Of a stretch of DNA of 64,000 bases, positions 41,661 to 53,010 are shown one piece after another. Position numbers and translations under genes: made by a program. The first letter of the stretch is position 1. Each line of letters starts with the position of its first letter. A model generated the notes under the pieces. It was given only the letters and a program-made list of their open reading frames with translations, was not told the DNA's origin and searched no databases. The DNA is from Lepidodermella squamata (lineage: Eukaryota > Animalia > Gastrotricha), in assembly GCA_047495785.1 (NCBI GenBank), contig JBLDXI010000024.1:558001-622000 (forward strand). Reading direction: 5' to 3'.

Positions 41661-42704
41661 ATGAAAAACTATCTACTTAAATTCCTCTGTTCTTCGCTCT
41701 TCCTATTGTGGCATGATATTCAAGCCGTAAGCGCTAGTCTAAGGTCCAATACGAACCTGCAGGTTGTGTATTCCATATTTAGCAGAGAGCATCTGCCGAG
41801 AGATAAAAATGGCAAAGTCGAGCTAGTCAAGAATCGGTATGGTGCGTACAGTGTCAAAAATGAGGAAGGAAGTCCATTTGCTATACTCTCATTCGGCGCA
41901 TCTGCACTAAAAGAGATCTCCATAAACGATCCAAGCCTTTTGAATGCAGCGGTTGAAGAGGCCACAGTAGATGAGTCCAATATTATTACCAAGAATGGCA
42001 TTCAGCTGCAGATCCCATTGTACAGAGAGCTTATGCTAAAAAACCTACCAGTGGCACATGAGCTCATCAGGAGTATGTACGGATGCGATGATTTGAATAA
42101 CTGCCACATACCAAAGGAAAAAGATAAATTACTCCTCAATTTTAAAGTAACAGAATCTGGCCTTATAGAAACTATATGCGTTGCTCATGATGACAACTCT
42201 GATGGACAATGCGCAAAAATAGAACCAAATGGAGATGTGATTATGGATGATCCAAATAAGATTGCCACAGGTCTTGATGACACAGGGGAAAACTACAATC
42301 CAAGATCTGCCGATGCCCAAGATATAGCATATGCTAAGTGCGACGGAGTAAGCTGCCAAGATGGATATAAGAATGGAAATGCAAAGCTTGCAAAATCTTT
42401 AGATTCTGCAAGAAAAATTCCAACGCAGACGGGATACGAAGATCCACTTGATACCTCTAGTGATTATCTTCCACCTATTGACCCAAGAACCCAGCAGGCA
42501 ACGCAATTGGATTTTGATTACAAAGAAGACGAAGAGGATTGTTTCCAAATATATCCGCAGCCAGAATTGAGCAGGCATGGATTGGACTGTAAGATGTTCA
42601 GGATTTTTAAAGAAAATAAGGATGATTGCACAAAAAATCCAACACCAAAAGAAAGCAGACATGGAATCCTTTGTGATTTCTTTTTGAAATTCAGATCAAT
42701 GTAG
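41661..42704 (+). CDS. Intronless secreted protein of unknown family, 347 aa
   Basis: 1044-bp uninterrupted ORF, signal-peptide-like N-terminus, TATA-like TTATATAAG near 41511, five close Cys pairs, duplicated C-terminal motif. Confidence 0.8.
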   Translation: MKNYLLKFLCSSLFLLWHDIQAVSASLRSNTNLQVVYSIFSREHLPRDKNGKVELVKNRYGAYSVKNEEGSPFAILSFGASALKEISINDPSLLNAAVEEATVDESNIITKNGIQLQIPLYRELMLKNLPVAHELIRSMYGCDDLNNCHIPKEKDKLLLNFKVTESGLIETICVAHDDNSDGQCAKIEPNGDVIMDDPNKIATGLDDTGENYNPRSADAQDIAYAKCDGVSCQDGYKNGNAKLAKSLDSARKIPTQTGYEDPLDTSSDYLPPIDPRTQQATQLDFDYKEDEEDCFQIYPQPELSRHGLDCKMFRIFKENKDDCTKNPTPKESRHGILCDFFLKFRSM

Positions 42705-42938
42705 AAATAAACTAAGTACTATTTGCAGAACATACCATGATCGAATAGATACAAAGTTCTGCCTTTGATTTTAGAGCTTCAATGCGATGCGATAAGTGCA
42801 TTATATTGAATAACAACAATATCGTGCCAGCTCCATCCGTTTTTTAGAGCTTGTGGTATTTGGATCGGGTTCATTGGTGCCATCGTTGCGCGGCTACACC
42901 CCTTATTTCGCGTCTCTTAATTATAAAGTATCGGCGAG

Positions 42939-44322
42939 ATGGCATCAGAAACCACTGTTGAAACCGCGACTGTCGAAGCTTTAATGCAAGAGCTGGAAGA
43001 ATTGAAAGATCATCTTTCTAAAGAACGTGACAAAACACGCGATGCAGAGTTTGCATTCCTTGCCGGAGATATGGAAGATGTTCAAGTTCCAGCGCTTCGG
43101 CAACGACGCATTCTTAAGGTTCCTGGTGCAAAAATTCTTACAGTTTCCTGGCTTCCAGATAAGCGCTCCATTATATGCTCTACTCACGACGGAAGACTAG
43201 GTAAAACCTACTGTTTTTCATTGTGGCGGTTCATATTTCGAGTTGTGTTTAGTTCTCTGGGATGCTTTCGCTTCTAAGAGTGAGAGATACATTCAACATG
43301 TTTGCCATTGGTAAGCTCGTGTTCAGTTCACTCCCGGTTAATGTTAATGTATTCTGTGTCTTTGTTTTAGGGTATCGGCTTGCGCAGTTTCACCATCGGG
43401 AAAGCTTCTAGCTGCTGGCGGAATGGACAATAAGGCGACTCTATACAATTTAGAGGCCAAGGATGATGAAATTCTGCAGCAGAGACGTGTAGTAGCCACA
43501 CATAGCGGATTCGTTTCAGGTAAGATGGCTCAAACAAGATCAAGACAATTACTATTGTGGTGATTTGTTCTCTCTAGCTTTAACGTTTATGCACAGTGAT
43601 GCTCAGCTCTTAACTTGCAGTGGCGACCACACATGTGCGTTGTGGGATGTCGATAGCGGGTAATATTATTCGGACTAGCCATGTTTCTTCTATATCTTCA
43701 ACTTCAGGTCAATTGTGAGAAAATTCGTGTCTCACAGCGAAGAGGTTCTGGCCATTTCCACATCAGTTCTTGACACAAACACCTTCATATCAGCAGGATG
43801 CGATAGGACAGCTCGAATATGGTCTGTAAAGCGTCTTCAATTTTTTGCTGGATTAATGTCCATTGATCGATGTTTTAGGGATGTTAGAGCCGGCTCCTGC
43901 GTGCAGGTATTCTATGCTCACGAAGGGGATATCAACACTGTTCAATTCCATCCGAGGTAATATTCATTTTTTTCAGCTTGGGTATAATATTGAATTGTTT
44001 TTTTTGCAGTGGAGATATATTTGCAACTGCGTCTGACGATTCTACAGTCAAGATTTTCGATTTACGATCTGGAAACGACCTGTCAATCTTTCAACATCCT
44101 ATCATTCAATTTCCATGCAACTCTATCGATTTCTCGGTATCCGGCCGCCTGCTGTTCGGCGCTTATAGTTGCTATTTAATATATATCTGGGACGCCCTAA
44201 AGCCTTCTGCACCGGTTCCAGTGTTTGGCCACGAAAATAGAGTCAGCTGTTTATCAGTTTCACCCGATAGCATTGCTCTATGTTCTGGAAGTTGGGACGG
44301 TACAGTTCGTGTGTGGGCTTAG
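42939..44322 (+). CDS. GNB5: G protein beta subunit 5-like (divergent), multi-exon
   Basis: DKRSIICSTHDG, GGMDNK, QLLTCSGDHTCALWDVDSG, NTFISAGCD, HEGDINTV, DFSVSGRLLFG, FGHENRVS..CSGSWDGTVRVWA (the -WA end and FGHENRVS are beta-5 type). Confidence 0.85.
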
Positions 44323-45020
44323 TGAAATAACTGAAAATGACTTCGAACTGATTACCTTGTCCTCATTTTATACGAATGCTATTTTTTACCCATAAATCGA
44401 TCGCCATTTTAAATGTTATTTATTTTTTAGCATAATAATTGTGCTGTCTAAGCCGCATCTAGTCAACATGTCTTGGCTCTCACTTCTCTTTTATTACGGC
44501 GGTGCTTCATGCGAAGCTGAATCTGATTAAATGTGTTTTTATGTTATTGATTGTAACCTCCATGCCACCTAACGTTGCCTCATAGTCGCTTCTTGTCGTC
44601 ATTTTACATTTTGTGATTGAAATTTGATCTGAATTTGATTGGCTTTTGTTTATCTCGCGAATAAATATTTTTCTTGTCAAAATTTATTGCGATTTTCAGG
44701 ATGTTTTTGATTATGGAGACTGGAGTTAGGTTCTGCGAGTTATATTCGGTAGACCACTGGCTATCGGACGCTGCTGCCTAGCAATTATTTGACCCACCGC
44801 TGCGAAATTGGTAAACAGTGTAATACTTACCGACTATTGACATCATTGCAGTGATATTATATTCGGTATCATCCGAAGAGCGAGTTTCGATTTGGCAGAT
44901 GGTGCTTGTTTATTATTTACACAGCGGACTCGGGAGTGTAATTACATACTGGGTTAGTTGCGATTTGTTTCGGTATACTTTGTCTCGATTTATGCATTTG
45001 GATTTGGAAACGCGTCTGCG

Positions 45021-46692
45021 ATGGTGATTTGGTTAACTCGATTTCACCTGCTTACCATTTCTTTCATCCTCGTTCAGTCGCACGTATGCAATTGTTTTTT
45101 CAACAATACAGTTGGCGACCAGTTACCTCATAAAAATCTGTCGGAAAAGACAGTAAGGGATGTTGGAGAGCATCCAGTCTCCGCTCCGCTTATTATTATT
45201 GATGAAGGCATTATGGCAGTTTGCCAAAATTTCTGGCAAAACTCGTTTCTTCGCATCATTCCATCATCGGACTTGCTATTTCTGTTACCCCCAAAGCTAC
45301 CGGCTACCAACGTAAGCAATTTACAGGGAAGCACTCCCAAACATTGCACATCAATTTTTGCAGGTATCTTTACAAATCAAGGTGTCAGCCGTCCATCAAA
45401 TATCGTCATCAATTATTAAAATAAGACTTACGATTTCAATGGCATGGCTTAGCCCTAGATTTAGCTGGAACACCGCCCTTGACTGCCCTTTAACCTCAGT
45501 CATGCTTCGAAATGAAAAGATTTGGCGACCGTCTTTCTTCATACGTGATCAATCAACAAGCCATTTTGATGCGCTGAATAGCGTAACCCTATTAGTTTCA
45601 AACGACGGAAAATTTTCATTCTCGAATGCTGTCAATCAGGAGGTTGATTGTTCTTTATCAGTGCGTCTATTCCCGTTCGACGTTCAGCACTGTAAATTCG
45701 AGCTTTACGCCGAAAGCGGCAACGGCATTCGAAGCTCCCCGAATGTTAATTGGATCTTCGACGCGGCCAAAGACCTGGACGTGTTAGACGTCTTATTTGC
45801 TGAAACCACAAAATTCAACTGGGAAATCGACGGCATCTACGGCGAAGTTAAATCAAACAACGATGGGAGGCTGTTGGTGTATTTCCGGCTGCAGCGGCGG
45901 AATAATTTCGTGTTCAATTTATGGATTATAACATCGTTGTTTTTGAATATCCTGGTTTGCTCCAGTTTGGGACTGGAGCCTTCATCAGTCGAAAAGATGG
46001 TTACATCGTTCCTTGCAATCGTCGGTCATCTGGGACATTTGATGATTTTGATACAAATCCTTCCTGTCGATTTCAATTCGAACGCTGATTGCACGGTGCC
46101 GATGCTTCTCGACTTCAGCCTGGTTCAATTCGTTATCGGAGTTTCCGCTGTTGGTTTGAATGGAATTGTCGTAAACAAATGGCACTCGGCTGCCCGTAAA
46201 ATCAAATCGAACGATGGAAAATCTGATTTTTTAATGTGCTGCGGCAATCTTTCTGATGTAGCAGTAGATGCAGTTAACAAAGTGAACTGCGTCCCATCTT
46301 CATCGATTGCTTGCATCGAGGACATGACCGCAGCAACGTGTAGGAACACTGTGAAAGTTGTCAACTCGCGTGTTTTTCCATCGACTGATGTCGGCAAGCT
46401 AGTTTCCGCCGATCCGATTGAAAAAGTGAGTAGACCCGTAATTGACGGACCTCCGCGGCAATTCTGCGCATCTCCGACGATAAATCACGCGAAAAAAGAT
46501 GGGGCCCGTTCCACGAGTGCGAACGGGAAAAAGAAGCCGCCGAAAACTGCTAAAAACTGGATGCAAACCACGCTGTTAGTTGGTTACTTTATCACGATGC
46601 TAATAGCCTACGGTACTTTTGTCGTCGTCATGGTCGTGAGCGTTGCTCAAGCGAAAGCTGCATCACCTGTCGACTACTCACCGCCCATTTAA
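45021..46692 (+). CDS. Highly divergent Cys-loop ligand-gated ion channel subunit (nAChR-like); intron 45312-45363, 5' exon structure uncertain
   Basis: IWRP, Cys-loop CSLSVRLFPFDVQHC, pre-M1 YFRLQRR, four hydrophobic segments, EK at start of M2, signal-peptide-like MVIWLTRFHLLTISFILVQS. Confidence 0.85.
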
Positions 46693-46830
46693 TAAGACAT
46701 TTTCGAAAACGTTTTTATTTTGTGTTGATGTTGTCAAAGTAAATTGTTTTCTTATATCTGTATTTACATGATTAAAACTGGCTTTGCTAAATTGTGTTTT
46801 TAATATAGCGTTTTAGTCGTTATAGGAGTG

Positions 46831-47821
46831 ATGAGTGAGTCAAAACATGACCTAGCGAAGACATTTTTGATATCCACTCTGGTGGGTAATTTTTTGAAGA
46901 CACAAACCCTTGTAAATGACAAGATATAATTTCTAGTCTGGTGGGCTGGCCGGCCTCTCCGTTGATATAAGTCTTTACCCGCTTGATGCGTATAAAACAC
47001 GGCTGCAATCATCAGCTGGGTTCTGGGCTTCAGGTGGCTTCAGTCGGCCGTACAACGGCATTAGCGCTGTTGTGATATCATCGATTCCTTCCGCTGCTTT
47101 GTTTTTCGCCGGTTACGAGTCGACTAAAAAGCTTTTGGCGCGGCATCAGAACTTCCTTCCTGGTTTTGCAGTACACATGGCTGCGGCTGGTACCTTGGAA
47201 AAAATATTTTTTTTTATTAATTTTAGAAATATAATTCAGGTATTGGCGAGGTGACAGCATGCCTTGTAAGAGTTCCCTCCGAAGTAGTTAAACAGAGAAC
47301 GCAGGCAAAGAAAGCAAGTTCTGTATGGGCAGCGGCTCGGCATGCAGTGGCGAATGAAGGCTTCCTTGGCTTATATCGCGGATTCGGTGCTACTGTGGCC
47401 AGGGACGTTCCTTTTGCTTTCATTCAATATCCATTATGGGAATTCATAAAAGTATACCGCAAAATTGCGGAGGAATAATCGATAATATTTGTAATTGTAA
47501 TTTCGTAACTAGGAAAAGGTCTTCCCTCAATCTACTTTCCACTCGGCGCTTGCTGGTTTCATCGCTGGGGGAATAACCGCAGCCATCACAACGCCTTTGG
47601 ACACAGTGAAAACCAGAATAATGCTGAATACTTCGACCAAAGGCTCGGATAATGGTGTTTCTATAACAGGAACATTTCGAACCCTGTTGAAAGAGGGTGG
47701 GCCACGAGTTCTTTTCTCTGGCCTCGTGCCTCGAGTCTGCTGGATTTCCATCGGCGGTGCTATTTTCCTAGGTTCTTACGATTATTTTAGAAATAATGTT
47801 GTTTCACCCTTCTTAAATTGA
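46831..47821 (+). CDS. SLC25A26: Mitochondrial S-adenosylmethionine carrier, multi-exon
   Basis: GGLAGLSVDISLYPLDAYKTRLQSSAGFWASGGF, PSAALFF, ACLVRVPSEVVKQRTQ, RDVPFAFIQYPLWE, TTPLDTVKTRIML, PRVCWISIGGAIFLG. Confidence 0.93.
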
Positions 47822-48057
47822 ATATGTTGTTGCCTTTGATTGAGAATTGTTACAATAAAAATAAAAAAATTTCCGCGTCGATTTTTCCACTGAGTTTTAC
47901 AAATCATCGCAGATTTTGAGCTGACAATAGCTATTCGAGTGGAAAATCGTAAAGCATTCAAATTTTTGATGCATAAAAAGAGTCGCCTTAATACAATTAT
48001 CCGAGATTTATTTAATTGTAAGCGGCCAAGTGTTGACGCCCAATCGCATTGTGATTG

Positions 48058-48726
48058 TTACTCTTCTTGGACATTAGCTATCTTCAGATCGGCAAAGGTG
48101 TCGGGTAGCAATTCTTCATTGTCCTTATGCTTCTGAAGGAATAGCTCGCCCCATTCTTGGCGGCCCCACTGCTGGAACGCCCGGACAATATCTGCAATCT
48201 TGTCGCGGTCTTTGCAGCCCTTTTTAAATTGCTATAACCAAAAAAAACCATTACTCATCGAGATTAATTTCGATATGCTCAACATACGTATTTCCAATAC
48301 ATCAACAAGCTTTTTGTAGCGTCGTAATATTCCAACTGTTCACCGAGATTGCGGCTGTTTGCATCGATCTTTGCCCGAACGACGCGGGTATTTGGAATAT
48401 TGAGGAACATGCAGAAAGTCAGGCCGTATTTGCCAAGGTCTTTCGCTAGACAGCCCAGGCTTTGGTCGGTGAGAACCATAGCCTCGGGGGCTTTTTTCGT
48501 CCCACCAGGACTCGCAACTACAAAATAGTTGGTTCGTGTAATCAATATATTATCACTTCGCCCGCCCCTCTTAAGGATAGGGTATTCTCTAGACCTAAAC
48601 ATTTCAAACTAAGAATCAAGTTACAAGGACTCACCTCTTTCCTCCTCTGTCATTTAGCAGGATATTTGACTTATACTCTCGGGAATATGCTGTCTTGGAC
48701 GTGTCAGCTATCGACAGCCAAAATTC
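48058..48726 (-). CDS. Small death-fold domain protein (start codon unresolved)
   Basis: Three in-phase exons give ..LTDQSLGCLAKDLGKYGLTFCMFLNIP..KSLLMYWKYQFKKGCKDRDKIADIVRAFQQWGRQEWGELF..; helix pattern resembles death domains. Confidence 0.55.
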
Positions 48727-48980
48727 TGCAATGTTATATGTGTATTTAAACCGACTATGCTCAGGTATTTTAGACTATAATACAAGGGCGGCGCTATCGA
48801 CTAAACTCTGACGTGCGTTGCTAAGCGCCATTGAGCGTCCAATCGACACATGCTGCGACAAAGCGCCTATACGCTATGTAATACCAATATTATAAGAAAA
48901 CGCGCCCATTTATACAAACACATATTATTTTATTCAGCAGCCAGATAATGAAACGATTCATTCAAAACCAGCATTTCCCT

Positions 48981-50919
48981 CTATTGAGAAAGATTTCGCT
49001 TTAGAAGCACCGCAATTTTAGGTTCAAATTTGAAAGTAATGAATGGCGGCTCGTAAGATATCGGAATGAATGAAATCGATGTGATGCCATCAACGTTAGT
49101 CACCGTCGTGTACGCCTTGGAGGCTATGATCGACTTGAATTCTTTCGAGCCAATTTCCACCAGGTGGAAGTCAAACTTGGTCAGCTCATCCAGAGACAGA
49201 TTTTCGGTTTTGTTATAACTATGCGAGAAGTCAAAATTAATTCAGTATTATAGTTGAAAAGAATTGGCTTACATTAAAATATCAGGGCGACTTTGAACAA
49301 ACCGAGAGACGCCCGTTTGAGCGCTGTAGACGTCAATGTGAACTGTGCGAACGGTTGTAGAAAAACCGGGCTCTCCGATTGGAGGAAGCATTTTATGAAC
49401 GGCCTGTAATGCGTGGCCACCCGGGTAATTATGAACCGCGGCATAAAGGTGGACTCCTGTCAATGATAAATTGACAAGAAGATGGCCAATGACGATCAGT
49501 CGCAAAATCGCGTTGAAGAAAGGCTTTTTGAAGTACATCACCATAGCCTGACAGCCGAAAGCGGCAACCAGGTTCAAAATCGGGAAGATATAAATGATGA
49601 AGCGAAGTTCTTTGTGCGGTAAAAACGAAAACAGCATGACGAAAATGTAAGAGCAGCCGAACAAGACGAGAACAGGCTTCGGAACGACCCCGCGAATCAG
49701 AGCGATTGGGATGAAAATTATCGATGTGAAAAGGGCTCGAGGCAAAACTGAGTAAAAGTACCACAGAAACGGAGACGTCTAAAAGATCGATTTTTTAAAT
49801 AATTATGAAACAGTATATGCACACTTACTCCCCACTCGCTGCTTTTGTTAAGAATTGTGTTGAACCAAAACACATTTCCTTCTGGCCACATGTAAGGTTG
49901 ATTCCAAAAATACGAGTCGACAGCCATCGTCAACCCTAAAAATCAATATGTTGAACAGGGATATTGCAGCTATCGTTTACGAACCCAAAAATAATCCGCC
50001 GTAGAAAATACATTGGCTGACGACACAAGCAAGATGACCCTAGGCAATAAAATCGCTGAAACTGGAAAATTCCCGAAATAAAGCTTACAATTGATGGCTT
50101 GAAGTTATAATAAGACAGCATAAGGGCCAAGCCAAGAGGTCCTAGCAGCAACACCAATTCTGCTCGGAAAATTATAACTGTACAAGCCGATACTAAGATG
50201 TACCCTGACAAGCTTTTAGCGGCAAAACATCGAATCGCTTGGAGAGCTTGAAAAAGAGAATTTCGACGTAATAGACAGAAACATCGCCTAATAATATTAC
50301 CAAATATGAGCGCAAAAATGTTCGGTAGTGTTCGCGAGGCGTAAAACAGGAAATGAAATTGTGAACATATCGCTAAAATTGTCCAGGTAATAACTGCATC
50401 GCTAACGTGGCATTTCCTCCGTATAGTTTCCAGCATAGTGACCAGAGAGAGTACCACCATTAACGCCAATACGATCCGCGCACCATACTGTAGGTAGAAC
50501 TTGTCAATATTTTTATCAGCCATCACCTTGGAGACTGGCCATAGTGGTAAGTAAACCAGCAACGGTCCGATAAAGGTCCGTGGAACTACACCAGGAAACT
50601 CGAAATGATCAAACTGAAAAATCATAAGAGAAGTTTACAATTCTGCACATCAATAACTCGGAAATATTTTAGAAATCGGTTTCATCATTCGATAGCTGCG
50701 TGCTATTGTTTAAGATCTCAATATCCTAATCCCTCCACCTTAAAATAATCAAATGCTAACCTTTTCCAGATCATTTGGCCCGTAGACTAGCAAGTCATGA
50801 ATCGCCTGCGTATTGAAACTCTCCTCCACTTTCGAAAATGGACACACTACAACGTACAGCACAGCAAGCAGCGCCAGCAAAATATACGACAAATTCTTGA
50901 AGAGATTCGCTGGACTCAT
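48981..50919 (-). CDS. ALG12: Dol-P-Man alpha-1,6-mannosyltransferase, multi-exon
   Basis: [72 protein letters not shown]. Confidence 0.96.
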
Positions 50920-51124
50920 TTGTTTAAGCAACTCTACGTTCAAATTTAACATTTTTTTTATCAAACAACGAAGGCATGAGAGGCAGTTTCTTTTATTTCT
51001 CGTTCTTCACTAGAAATTAGGTTGTACACAAATTAATCAGCCGAGGGCAGAAGGAGAAGTTTCTACGCGAACAAGTTTAGCATTAATCCCATTTTCGTCC
51101 TGTAATATACATAGCATTTTTGTT

Positions 51125-51532
51125 CTAATTAATTGGCCAGCGCCACTGATTTGCAGGCGGCTTTGCGACGAGGGGTTCCCACGGCTTCCAGATGAGCATG
51201 CGACGAGCCAAAATCAGCTCTCGCTCGCCTTGCAGAATGAGTTCTTCAACTTGGCCACAGTTAATTTTCTTTTCAACAGAAGCGACATCGGTGGTAGAAG
51301 TGACAGCCTTCAGTCGCTCATTAATAATTTTTTCTGTGTTTTTCCGATAGCCGGCAGTTTCAGGCATCTTCTCCAGAGTCTTCAGCGTTTTCTCGTACAA
51401 GACTCGCAGAGACTGTCAACCGCAAAAATTATCTTCAAACAGTTGAAAGGTAGGCAGAATTACCTTCAAAGGATGCCGAGCAACTGGCATGCCGGCCAGG
51501 CCAGTGGTTATTTTAGTAACCGTTGAAGCCAT
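51125..51532 (-). CDS. NDUFA5: NADH dehydrogenase 1 alpha subcomplex subunit 5, 2 exons
   Basis: KITTGLAGMPV..YRKNTEKII..INCGQVEELILQ..WKPWEPLVAKPPANQWRWP. Confidence 0.96.
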
Positions 51533-51607
51533 CTTTAATTAATGTATCTATTAACAAATTAAAGCCAAATAATGAGGCAGTAAATAACAAGGTATTCATT
51601 TGATTGG

Positions 51608-52566
51608 TTAATTTTCAGCGCGAAAGACTTCAGAGCTGTCCACGGAGACAGCACCACGTTTCCTCTTGGCAATTGTCGAAATTCCGGTTTTCGGGTCAAA
51701 GCTGATCATCGGACGAGGCGGGCGAATCTTACGACCAAACCTGCCCGTCTTGCGATGCCACAATCCAGTGTGCTGTTTATGACCTGCATTACGTTTGGCA
51801 TTAGCACTGCCCCACTCGAAGTCCTCGTGGGCGAGGTTGGAAACTCGGCCAACTACCGCCATGCACCTCTCAGAAACGCTCAACTCGCGTTTTGACGGCA
51901 TTTGTAAAATGCACATGTCACCGTTTTTCCGAACATACGTCGCGAAAGTACCAGCAGCACGAGCAATGGCAGCTCCTTTGCCTGGAATAGTCTCCACGCA
52001 ACAAACTGCAGTGCCTAACGGAAGAGCCCCAAGGGGGTGGGCGTCACCCGGGACGGGTTTGACAGGCATACGAGGTATTCCACCGAAAGTCCTAATTAAA
52101 TCTCCCGGTTTCATGCTTTCAGTTGCGATGATCCATCTACGACGTTCCCCGCCAGCAACCAACGCCAAATGATAGGAATAAAATGGATCCTCGCGAATTT
52201 TCTCGACTAGTTCGACCAGCGGTGGAGCCTGAGGGTCAGTTGAGGGTGCTTCGCGTTTTGGGTCTATCCAGCGGTACCAAAACTCCCGACCGCCGCCGTA
52301 AGGAGCGACGCGGTAACCAGCCTCGTCTCGACCGCCCAGTTTATGAAATTTCAATGGCCGAATCGTGTATTTTGGGACAACTTCAACTACTCGGCCAAAA
52401 TACTTGCCATAAAATCTGGCTGGAGTGGCTGCTATTGGCGATATCGCTCTTAACGATATAGATCTAGGTCAAACAAATGATTATCACAAGAATCTCTTAA
52501 CTGAACAGCAACTTACGATATAACTGTCTTTTGAGCGAATGCCAGAAGTTGTCGAGCTACATCCAT
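51608..52566 (-). CDS. MRPL2: Mitochondrial ribosomal protein L2 (uL2m), 2 exons
   Basis: KYTIRPLKFHKLGGRD, LALVAGG, GDAHPLGALPLGT, ARAAGT, VGRVSN, GLWHRKTGRFGRKIRP. Confidence 0.95.
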
Positions 52567-53010
52567 TTTCAAAACTTCTATTGAAAGAAAACAAAATTTC
52601 CATATTATAGCTGATTGATTTAATTTTATTAGTTATGAAGTATGAATAATCAAAAATTAGTGTAGCAAAATGATAATTTATATATATTACCATTAAATAA
52701 GTGACAATAATCGTATGAAAATAAGAAGAATGATCGAGTTCAAGCGACAAAAGAAAAATGCGAGTGGAAAAGTTGTAACACGTCGATTTTCAACTGTACA
52801 TGTTTTGTCACGCCGGTATCGAACTTTGAGAAGGTTTTTTAGTATCAATAATTTATATGCATAATAGCATCGTCTTAATACTCCCTTGCCAGGAAAATTT
52901 AGTTTATTATATGAATATTACTGAAAGACACCTAACGAATAAAAACGTTTAATAACAGCACAAATTGAAGACGTGTTGGTGCACAACGAGCGAGAGTAAA
53001 ACATAAAAAA

